Assembly: GCA_965248265.1 (NCBI GenBank)
Contig: CBDFJF010000002.1
Span: 1,888,001-1,952,000, forward strand
Source of the DNA: Candidatus Latescibacterota bacterium
GTDB taxonomy: Bacteria; Latescibacterota; UBA2968; UBA8231
Direction of reading: 5' to 3'
DNA length: 64,000 nt
Below the pieces are notes generated by a model. The model worked only from the letters and a program-made list of their open reading frames with translations, made no database searches and had not been told where the DNA came from. Both the position numbers and the translations under genes were made by a program. Below, in pieces: positions 38,944-47,328 of this stretch (positions within the stretch are counted from its first letter, which is position 1; every line of letters starts with the position of its first letter).

Positions 38944-39948
38944 ATGCGCTGCCAAGGGGATGATCATTTACTCAGAGTTGTCAACCTGGGGACCCATTTC
39001 TTCTCCCGGGAAGGGACTGTCCGGGCTGTAGATGGCGTGGACTTCGCACTCAGACGAGGACAGACCCTGGGCATCGTCGGTGAGAGTGGGTGTGGCAAGA
39101 GCGTTACGGCGCAGTCCATTCTGCGGATCGTGCCAAAGAACGGCGAGATCGTCACTGGACAGATACTTCTGAAGACGGCAGACGAGGTCGTGGATCTGGC
39201 GCAGCTCGATCCCGAAGGGGATGAGATTCGCGCCATCCAGGGCAAGGAAGTCGCCATGATCTTCCAGGAGCCCATGACATCGTTTTGCCCGGTGTACACC
39301 ATCGGCAATCAGATTACCGAAGTGATCCAGCTTCATCAGGAGGCCACAAAGGGCGAGGCTCACGAGCGGGCCCTGGACATACTACGTCAGGTCAGTATGC
39401 CCAATCCTGAACAGGCCATCGATGCCTATCCCTTCAATCTCAGTGGCGGCATGCGCCAGAGAGCCATGATCGCCATGGCGTTATCGTGCCGTCCCAGCCT
39501 GCTCATCGCCGACGAACCCACCACAGCCGTGGATGTCACGATTCAGGCCCAAGTGCTCGATCTGATTTCCAAACTCCAGCGGGAGCTGGGCATGGCTGTC
39601 ATCCTCATAACCCACGATCTGGGAGTCGTCGGTGACCTGGCAGATGAGGTGTTGGTCATGTATCTGGGAAGAAACGTGGAGTGCGCCGAGGCCCGCCAGC
39701 TCTTCCGCGATCCCAAGCACCCCTACACCCAGGGGCTCCTGGCATCCATACCCAAGCTCGGTGAAGGCGGGCGCAAGATAGAGCCTATTTCCGGTTCGGT
39801 GCCGAGCGTCTACGAGATGCCGAAAGGATGCAGATTTCATCCCCGTTGCCCCGAGTTCATCAGTGGTGTGTGCGACGAGCGGGAGCCGCCCTCTGTGGAG
39901 ACGGAGCCGCGTCACTTTGTGAGTTGCTGGCTCTACGCGGACAGGTAG
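38944..39948 (+). CDS. ABC transporter ATP-binding protein (OppD-like)
   Basis: [30 protein letters not shown]. Confidence 0.95.
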   Translation: MRCQGDDHLLRVVNLGTHFFSREGTVRAVDGVDFALRRGQTLGIVGESGCGKSVTAQSILRIVPKNGEIVTGQILLKTADEVVDLAQLDPEGDEIRAIQGKEVAMIFQEPMTSFCPVYTIGNQITEVIQLHQEATKGEAHERALDILRQVSMPNPEQAIDAYPFNLSGGMRQRAMIAMALSCRPSLLIADEPTTAVDVTIQAQVLDLISKLQRELGMAVILITHDLGVVGDLADEVLVMYLGRNVECAEARQLFRDPKHPYTQGLLASIPKLGEGGRKIEPISGSVPSVYEMPKGCRFHPRCPEFISGVCDEREPPSVETEPRHFVSCWLYADR

Positions 39949-39954
39949 GATGGT

Positions 39955-40983
39955 ATGAACAACAGAGTCCTTCTTCGAGTAGAGGATCTAAAGAAGCACT
40001 TCGTTCGAACGCACGGCCTGCGGAGAAAGGTAACGGGGATAGTGAAGGCCGTCGACGGCGTCAGCCTCCACATACGCTCAGGGGAGACCCTCGCTCTGGT
40101 GGGGGAAAGCGGTAGCGGCAAGACCACCCTGGGCCGATCGGTGCTGCGGGCGATAGAGCCGACATCCGATTCCATTACCTATCACCTGAAAGACGACGAG
40201 CCCATCGATTTCATGGCTCTGGACATGACAGAATTGAAGGAGATACGCCGGCACCTGTCCATGGTATTTCAGGATCCTTACTCCTCCCTCAACCCTCGGA
40301 TGAGTGTGCTGGACATCGTGGGGGAACCCCTCATCAATTACGGTGTGATGAGGCGCAAGGAGCAGATCCAGGAACGAGTAGCCGAGCTCCTGCGCATGGT
40401 CCGATTGGACCCGGAGTACATGGGCAGATATCCCCACGCCTTCAGCGGCGGACAACGCCAGAGAATCGCGATTGCTCGTGCCCTGTCGTTGGATCCGCAA
40501 TTCATCGTGCTCGACGAGCCGGTTTCGGCCCTCGATGTGTCGGTGCAGGCCCAAGTGCTGAATCTGCTCAAGGAGCTCCAGGACGAGCTCAACCTGACGT
40601 ATCTGTTCATCGCGCACGATCTCGCCGCGATCGAGTACGTGAGCAGCCGCGTGGCGGTAATGTATGTTGGCCGGATCGTGGAGATGTCGGCGACCGAGGA
40701 AGTCTTCAGAAGTCCCCGTCACCCATATACGGAAGCGCTCTTGTCCGCCGTTCCGAAAGGGGATCCGGACAACAGAAGCGAGCGGATTGTCCTGGAAGGT
40801 GATGTGGCCGACCCCGCCAATCCGCCGTCGGGCTGCTACTTCCATCCTCGGTGCCGCTATGCCGAGGCCATTTGCCGAGAGCGCACGCCGCCGCTGATTG
40901 ATGTGGGCGCCCCGCACGAGGCCGAGCATTTGGCAGCGTGTCATTTCGCCGAAGAGCTCAAGCTGGCCGGCGTTGGTGGGTGA
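39955..40983 (+). CDS. ABC transporter ATP-binding protein (OppF-like)
   Basis: [25 protein letters not shown]. Confidence 0.95.
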   Translation: MNNRVLLRVEDLKKHFVRTHGLRRKVTGIVKAVDGVSLHIRSGETLALVGESGSGKTTLGRSVLRAIEPTSDSITYHLKDDEPIDFMALDMTELKEIRRHLSMVFQDPYSSLNPRMSVLDIVGEPLINYGVMRRKEQIQERVAELLRMVRLDPEYMGRYPHAFSGGQRQRIAIARALSLDPQFIVLDEPVSALDVSVQAQVLNLLKELQDELNLTYLFIAHDLAAIEYVSSRVAVMYVGRIVEMSATEEVFRSPRHPYTEALLSAVPKGDPDNRSERIVLEGDVADPANPPSGCYFHPRCRYAEAICRERTPPLIDVGAPHEAEHLAACHFAEELKLAGVGG

Positions 40984-40987
40984 GGCG

Positions 40988-41015
40988 GCGTTTACCGTGC
41001 AGTGGGGGCGATTCC
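40988..41015 (+). repeat. 28-bp direct repeat R2
   Basis: GCGTTTACCGTGCAGTGGGGGCGATTCC, starting 5 bp after the ABC operon stop. Confidence 0.9.
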
Positions 41016-41268
41016 GGCGCCGATCTGAACCGTTTATGGGCCCATTTTTCTCGCGACTACTGTGAACTCTAAAGTGACCTTTCTCACCTGACCAACGCCA
41101 TCTTGCGCGTTTCGATGAATTCCTTTCCCGCCTGTAGCCGATATACATACACGCCAGCGAATCGGCTGAAATCCATGCCTCGCACGCCTCCTCACGCACC
41201 CACGACAGCTATCGTACCCAATCCACACGGGAAAACAGCGCCTCGACAGGCCAGCGTCGGTTCACCAT

Positions 41269-41296
41269 AGTCACGATAATACCTTTTATCTTTCCT
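41269..41296. other. dif/Xer-like recombination site
   Basis: AGTCACGATAA-TACCTT-TTATCTTTCCT. Confidence 0.55.
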
Positions 41297-41367
41297 ATAT
41301 TCTGTTGGTCTTTCTCATCCTTCATCCTTTTCTTTTGATGGTAGATTTATAAATAGATCAGGCGAAG

Positions 41368-43545
41368 ATGGACTCAATTCCATTACTCGGTTACACGGAC
41401 AGGCTGTCCGGGCGTCCTGGTCATACCATAGAGTTTAAGGTAAGCAGCTATGCGGATGAGCCCTACCATGCCAGCCTGGTTCGTATTATTTCCGCAGATC
41501 CCAATCCAGCCGGACCGGGTTTAATCGAAGAACACATAGACATTGCATTCGGCGGCATGTTCCCTTCTCGTCCACAGGCCTTTTATCCGGGATCCTACGC
41601 CTCTATCGAGGTCGGGACCATGTTCGAATCCCTCCGTAGTTTCACCATTGTAGCGACCATATGGTCCACCACGCCGGATAAAAGCGTCCAGGGCGTTATC
41701 AGCTGTGGGGATGTATTGAACCTGGGTATAGATGAACGGGGATGCGTGACCGTCACTTGCCAGGGAGCGGTTCAAAGCACCGGTGAAGCGGTTAAAACCC
41801 GCCGCTGGTACCATATTTGGACGACATATGATGTAGCATCTAATAGGTTATCCGTAGGACAGCAGGCGCTCGCCCATCCGTTTGAGAAAACGCAATCCAC
41901 CAGGAAGCTCGATGAGCCGATCCATCTGCAGCAAGTCAGACAGGTTCTAATTGCCGCATTCCATGGTGAACCGGTTCAAAATCATTTCAACGGTAAAATC
42001 GAATCCCCGATGATCTTTGATCGAACCCTGTCTGAAGCCGAGATCACAGATGTAAACGCTCAGAAATCCGATGACTTGCAAGCCCACTGGGATTTTTCTG
42101 CCGGCATCAGTTCCACAAGAATTGAAGACGTTGGACCGCATCACAAACACGGTCGGTTGATCAATATGCCGGCCAGAGCCATGACCGGCTCCACATGGAC
42201 CGGCGAGGAGATGTGCTGGCAACACGCGCCGGAGCAATACGCAGCCATCCATTTTCACGAGGATGATATCTATGACTTCGACTGGGAAACGGATTTCACG
42301 TTTACCATTCCGGACGGTTTAAAACCGGGTGTTTATGCCGCTCGACTTCGTTGTGGATCGTATGAAGACTCTTTACCGTTTTTTGTGTGCCCGCCTAAAG
42401 GAAAACCTACGGCAGATCTCTGCGTCCTGGTCTCAACGTTTACCTATACCATATACGGCAACCATGCGCGTCCCAATTTTGAACCGAGCTGGCTCGACCG
42501 TATTCGAGACTGGAACGCGTATCCCTGGAACCCGGCAGTATACCCGCGTTACGGGTGTTCCACCTATAACCACCATTCCGACGGCAGCGGCATCTGCCAC
42601 GCCTCCCATAAGCGACCGCTGTTCAATCTCAGACCAGGGTATATTACCTTTGGTAACGCAGAAGGCGCATGCTCCGGTTTACGCCATTTTCAGGCGGACA
42701 GCCATTTGATCACCTGGCTTGAAAAAAAGGGTATTGCATACGACATTGTGACCGATCAAGAATTGCATGAGGACGGCATCGATGCCATCAAGGACTACAA
42801 GGCCGTCACCACTGGGTCTCATCCGGAATACCACACCCCGCAAACCCTGGATGCGTTGCAACAATATCGGGAACAGGGCGGGAATTTCCTGTATCTTGGT
42901 GGTAATGGATTCTACTGGCGTATTGCCGTGCATCCGGAACACAACGGTACCCTTGAAATCCGTCGAGGCGAAGGCGGCATCCGGGCCTGGGCCGCAGAAC
43001 CGGGCGAATATTTTCAGGCGTTTGACGGTGCCTATGGTGGTCTGTGGCGAAGAAACAACCGACCCCCTCAAAAACTGGCCGCCGTTGGTTTTTCGGCACA
43101 GGGTAATTTCTATGGTTCCTACTATAGACCCAATCCGGATGCCATGAAAACCCCCGAAACGGCATGGATCTTTGAAGGCATACAGGATGAGAAGCTGGGC
43201 GACTTCGGGTTCAGCGGTAACGGCGCGGCCGGCTTCGAACTCGACCGGGTCGACTATCGCCTCGGTTCTCCCGAAGATGTGCATATTTTGGCCAGCTCCG
43301 AAAACCACCACGAGTCGTTTATCCTGGTGCCCGAAGAACTGCTCACTCATCTCACCACCTGGCCCGGTGAAGAGATCGATGATTTAATCAGAGCGGATAT
43401 GGTGTATCAAAAGTCAGACCATGGCGGACAGTTGTTTGCCACGGGATCTATTACATTTTGTGGGAGTTTGCCTTATAGGGATGGGGATAATAATATCTCG
43501 CGGTTGCTTGGGAATGTGATGGAACGATTTTTGGGGAATAGCTGA
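41368..43545 (+). CDS. dmfA2: N,N-dimethylformamidase large (beta) subunit family protein
   Basis: GYTDRLS.RPG.TIEFKVSS, DPNPAGPG, IHFHEDD, YNHHSDGSG, GSHPEYH, YLGGNGFYW, GSITFCGSL. Confidence 0.85.
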   Translation: MDSIPLLGYTDRLSGRPGHTIEFKVSSYADEPYHASLVRIISADPNPAGPGLIEEHIDIAFGGMFPSRPQAFYPGSYASIEVGTMFESLRSFTIVATIWSTTPDKSVQGVISCGDVLNLGIDERGCVTVTCQGAVQSTGEAVKTRRWYHIWTTYDVASNRLSVGQQALAHPFEKTQSTRKLDEPIHLQQVRQVLIAAFHGEPVQNHFNGKIESPMIFDRTLSEAEITDVNAQKSDDLQAHWDFSAGISSTRIEDVGPHHKHGRLINMPARAMTGSTWTGEEMCWQHAPEQYAAIHFHEDDIYDFDWETDFTFTIPDGLKPGVYAARLRCGSYEDSLPFFVCPPKGKPTADLCVLVSTFTYTIYGNHARPNFEPSWLDRIRDWNAYPWNPAVYPRYGCSTYNHHSDGSGICHASHKRPLFNLRPGYITFGNAEGACSGLRHFQADSHLITWLEKKGIAYDIVTDQELHEDGIDAIKDYKAVTTGSHPEYHTPQTLDALQQYREQGGNFLYLGGNGFYWRIAVHPEHNGTLEIRRGEGGIRAWAAEPGEYFQAFDGAYGGLWRRNNRPPQKLAAVGFSAQGNFYGSYYRPNPDAMKTPETAWIFEGIQDEKLGDFGFSGNGAAGFELDRVDYRLGSPEDVHILASSENHHESFILVPEELLTHLTTWPGEEIDDLIRADMVYQKSDHGGQLFATGSITFCGSLPYRDGDNNISRLLGNVMERFLGNS

Positions 43546-43650
43546 GGTTATGGATGTACCGATTCTGACATGCTTTGCCTTCTTAGACCATGGTATGTTG
43601 TTACTTTCTTTAGCTACTGCTTATCGTGCCTAACCGTCACTCCAGGCGCG

Positions 43651-43678
43651 GCATTTACCGTGCAGTGGGGGCGATTCC
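43651..43678 (+). repeat. 28-bp direct repeat R3
   Basis: GCATTTACCGTGCAGTGGGGGCGATTCC, overlapping the CRTAC1 stop codon. Confidence 0.9.
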
Positions 43679-45409
43679 GCTTCCCTCGCGAATCACCAGG
43701 ACCCTGTTGGCGGATAGATCTTCAAAGCTCTCGACCAGCCCGCTCGGCCAGGATACTTCCAGCCGGTCTACCTCGGTACACTCGCCCAGGCCAAAGTGAA
43801 GCCTGGAATCGTTCTGCGATAAATAGCTCGAACCGCTCCGCACCTCGTTGACCTGGGTCACGTTGCCGCACGTGAGTTTCACCCGAGCCCCGATGCCGTC
43901 CCTGTTGCTCTCGGTGCCTTCCGTCCGGACCAGCAGATAGTTGTTTCGATTCCCACCATCGTTGCGCAGCAGCGTCGGGAGATCGTTGAGCTCCAGGACG
44001 AATATGTCGAGGTCGCCGTCCTCATCGTAATCTCCGAAGGCGGCGCCCCTGCTTACCTTCTCGATCCGCAGTCCCCCACCCGAGGTCTGGGATACCTCCT
44101 CGAACTTGCCATCCCCCACATTCTCGAACAGCTGGTTGGTCTGGGCGTAGCGAACACCGAGGTTTGCCCTGTCGATCTGCGGATAGACATGGCCGTTGGC
44201 GACGAAAAGATCCTTGTCGCCGTCGTTGTCGTAGTCGAAGAATTCGGTGCCCCAGGCGAGGAATTGAAAGCTCTCCAACCCCACCCCCGCATCGAACGTG
44301 AGATCGGAGAAAAACTGTCCTCCGTCATTGTGATACAGGGTGTTCGTCTCTTCCCAGAAGTTGGTGACGAGTATATCCGAATATTCGTCGTTGTCGTAGT
44401 CCCCGAAAGCGATGCCCATGCACCCCTGTGACTCGCCGCCCTCGCCGTAGGCCGCGCCCTTCATCCAGGCCACCTCGGTGAAGGTCCCGTCGCCCGAGTT
44501 CTCGTAGAGATAGTTGGGTCCGGTATCGTTGGCCACGTACACGTCCGCATCGCCATCGTTGTCGTAGTCTCCCGCCACGACGCCGAGTCCGTAGAGCAAG
44601 TCGCCATCCACCATACCGGCGGCGGCCGTCGCATCGGAGAAGACGCCGTCACCGTCGTTGCGGTAGAACACGTCCGCCGCTCCCTTCATCCCGTGTGGTC
44701 CGAAGTGGACGGTCAACCCCCGCCACTCGTGCCGCCTGTCGGGAGTCGTTTCCATGAAATGTTCGAAATCGAGGTAGTTAGCCACATACAGATCGAGATC
44801 ACCGTCGCGATCGGAGTCGAAGAAGGCACATCCAGTGCTGAACGGTGCCAATCCGATTACACCAGCGCGCTGGGCAACGTCTGCAAAACTCCCATCTCCC
44901 CGATTCTCGTACAGCGCGTTGCTGCCGTAGTTGGTCACGTAGATGTCGGCATCCCCGTCGTTGTCGTAATCGGCGACGGCGATTCCCATTCCCCAACTGC
45001 TGTCCGCGAGACTCGACTCCTCTGTGGCGTTCGAGAACATCGCGCCCTCGTTTCGGTACAGGGCATTGAGAGGAGGATCGCGGTCAGTAACTCCTCCCAC
45101 TCTCGATCCGTTCAGCACATACAGATCTAAATCCCCGTCCCGGTCGTAGTCGAAGAAGGCCGATCCCCCCATGAAGGCATCGACGACGTACTGCTGTTCG
45201 CCATCACCGGAGACATTCATCGTGGTAACGCCGATCTCTGCTGCGACATCGACAAACTGCACCCCGCCGTCAGGCGATCCGCCGCTCGGCGCCGGTCTGT
45301 CGTCGGCGGCCAACAAGTGGCCGGCGGCCAACAAGTGGCCGCTGAGAAGAGTCGGGATGAGAAGCTGCCTTGAGAATCCTGACCCGCGACCCCGCCGGGG
45401 CCAGCTCAT
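43655..45409 (-). CDS. CRTAC1 family protein (FG-GAP plus ASPIC/UnbV)
   Basis: DYDNDGD repeats; SNRDGIGARV, SYLSQ, LHFGLG, V.WPSG. Confidence 0.93.
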   Translation of the reverse strand: MSWPRRGRGSGFSRQLLIPTLLSGHLLAAGHLLAADDRPAPSGGSPDGGVQFVDVAAEIGVTTMNVSGDGEQQYVVDAFMGGSAFFDYDRDGDLDLYVLNGSRVGGVTDRDPPLNALYRNEGAMFSNATEESSLADSSWGMGIAVADYDNDGDADIYVTNYGSNALYENRGDGSFADVAQRAGVIGLAPFSTGCAFFDSDRDGDLDLYVANYLDFEHFMETTPDRRHEWRGLTVHFGPHGMKGAADVFYRNDGDGVFSDATAAAGMVDGDLLYGLGVVAGDYDNDGDADVYVANDTGPNYLYENSGDGTFTEVAWMKGAAYGEGGESQGCMGIAFGDYDNDEYSDILVTNFWEETNTLYHNDGGQFFSDLTFDAGVGLESFQFLAWGTEFFDYDNDGDKDLFVANGHVYPQIDRANLGVRYAQTNQLFENVGDGKFEEVSQTSGGGLRIEKVSRGAAFGDYDEDGDLDIFVLELNDLPTLLRNDGGNRNNYLLVRTEGTESNRDGIGARVKLTCGNVTQVNEVRSGSSYLSQNDSRLHFGLGECTEVDRLEVSWPSGLVESFEDLSANRVLVIREGSGIAPTAR

Positions 45410-46941
45410 GGATCCCTCTCGTCTGCCAGCTCCAGCCTGCGAGCAATCTCGAACTGCTCGTCCGCCTCCTGATACCTGCCCGTCTTCAGGTAGGCTTCGC
45501 CAAGACGGCGATGGTATTCGGCATTGGCAGGGTCGAGAGCGATGGCGAGCTTGTACTGATTGATGGCGCTGATGTCCCGGCCTTGTCTCGCATACCGCAC
45601 CGCGAGCTGGAAGTGAAATCGCGGATTGTCGGGGACCAGGGCGACGCTGCGTTCGAACTCGGCGATGTTGCCCTCGCGCTGCTCTCGAAATATCTGTATC
45701 TCCCGCTCGCCCTCCGCGCGGTTGCCTTGCTTGAAAAAGGCATTGGCGAGATCGAAATGCGCTTGCCCGTTGAAGTAATCGAGTGCGATCGCCTTCTCAT
45801 ACTCCGCGATCGCCATTTCGGTCCTTCCGGTCCGCGTGTACACGGCGCCCAGCGCGTAGTGGAAGAGCGTGTTGTCCGGTTCACGCTCAATGGCCTGCTT
45901 GTACTGATCGATGGCCTCGATGTACTTCCTGTTTTTGGAATAGATCACGCCGAGGCGATAGCGCGTGTACGCGCGACCGGGATCCACCTTCAGGGTCTTC
46001 CTGTACTGGGCTGCTGCTTCGTCGTAGTTGCGCTGCCGCTCGTAGGCCATACCGAGGTTGTGCTGGAACCAACCGTTGTCAGGGGCCAGCTCAACCGCTG
46101 TGCGGTGTTCCTTCACGGCGACAGCGAGTTTGTCCTGGTCTGTCATTGCTGCCCCCAGCAGCGCGTGTGACTGCTCGGTGTAGACGAGCCCGAGCTTGTC
46201 GTGCACATCGGCACGACCGGGGTCGAGCCGCAGTGTCGCCGCATACGCGTCTGCCGCTTCGCTCAGCCTGCCGATGGCCATGTACGCATTGCCTAGCATA
46301 TTGTGGACGGACGGTTCATTCTCGAGCAGCTGTGCCGCCTGACGCAGCTCTTCTATGGCTTCTGCGTATTTCTGTTGCTGGAGATAGATGGCTCCTAGTC
46401 GGTAGCGAGAGGGACCGTAATCAGGCTTGAGCCGGAGTACGGTCTTGAAGAACTCCGTCGCTTCCGTCGGCTTGCCCTCCTGCGAGTAGATCATGCCGAG
46501 TCCGTGATGAGCGGGGAAGTAGGTCGGCTCGGATGCGATCACTCGTTCATAGGCATCCTTCGCTCTTTCCCGATCCTGGTGGATCGAGTAGATCTTGCCC
46601 AGCTTGTAGAGGGACGGCGCGTAGTCGGGGTCGATCTCCAGCACTCTCTCGAATGCTGCCTCTGCCTCCCCGAATCTCTTGTGCAGAGCATGGATGAAGC
46701 CGAGGCCGTCGAGAGCGCCCACGTGGGTGGAGTCCAACTCGACGACCATCCGGTACTTCTCCTCGGCGCATCCGTAGTCGCCGCTCTGGGCACAGCGCTG
46801 TCCGAGCCGGTAGAGCCGTTCACTCTGTCGAGACGCGGGGCCGTCGGACTCCTGGCTGAGGAGCTTCTGGGTACATGCCAGGAAACAGACAACGAATGCG
46901 GCACCGCCGACGACGATTCCGCGAAGCTCAGTGCTGATCAT
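45406..46941 (-). CDS. Tetratricopeptide repeat protein
   Basis: Many 34-aa LG..Y...G....A...Y...L...P repeats; N-terminal signal or lipobox. Confidence 0.92.
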   Translation of the reverse strand: MISTELRGIVVGGAAFVVCFLACTQKLLSQESDGPASRQSERLYRLGQRCAQSGDYGCAEEKYRMVVELDSTHVGALDGLGFIHALHKRFGEAEAAFERVLEIDPDYAPSLYKLGKIYSIHQDRERAKDAYERVIASEPTYFPAHHGLGMIYSQEGKPTEATEFFKTVLRLKPDYGPSRYRLGAIYLQQQKYAEAIEELRQAAQLLENEPSVHNMLGNAYMAIGRLSEAADAYAATLRLDPGRADVHDKLGLVYTEQSHALLGAAMTDQDKLAVAVKEHRTAVELAPDNGWFQHNLGMAYERQRNYDEAAAQYRKTLKVDPGRAYTRYRLGVIYSKNRKYIEAIDQYKQAIEREPDNTLFHYALGAVYTRTGRTEMAIAEYEKAIALDYFNGQAHFDLANAFFKQGNRAEGEREIQIFREQREGNIAEFERSVALVPDNPRFHFQLAVRYARQGRDISAINQYKLAIALDPANAEYHRRLGEAYLKTGRYQEADEQFEIARRLELADERDP

Positions 46942-47328
46942 GTTGCGCTGTTATTCTGGCTGTTATTCTGATGGCAGGCTGCTCCCTTGACGCGCGCTCC
47001 GGGGGTGGAGCTGGGGAGCTCTGTTTTGCCCCAATAGGCCACCGCAACGACGCGCGCATCGAGAGCGAGGGCAATTACGACAAGCAGGAGTTTGGAGAAA
47101 ATGATACCATTGAGGCACGGCTGGTTGCGCGAGGGTCGTGACGCTGCTGAACACGTATATGCGTTACATAATGTATGAAGGTATCCAATTGTCGGGGGAG
47201 GAACAAGATTCAGGCGGGATGCGGTTCGACTACCGCTTCTGTGTTGAAATGCCTATTCTCCGCAATGCGCACCGGTGACAGGCACCTTTCAGGTTGATTT
47301 TGTTGGCGTCAAAAGAGTGAGACAAGCG

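Noticed and set aside
47113-47128. sigma54-like GGCAC...TTGC
   Set aside because: GG-to-GC spacing is 11 rather than 10
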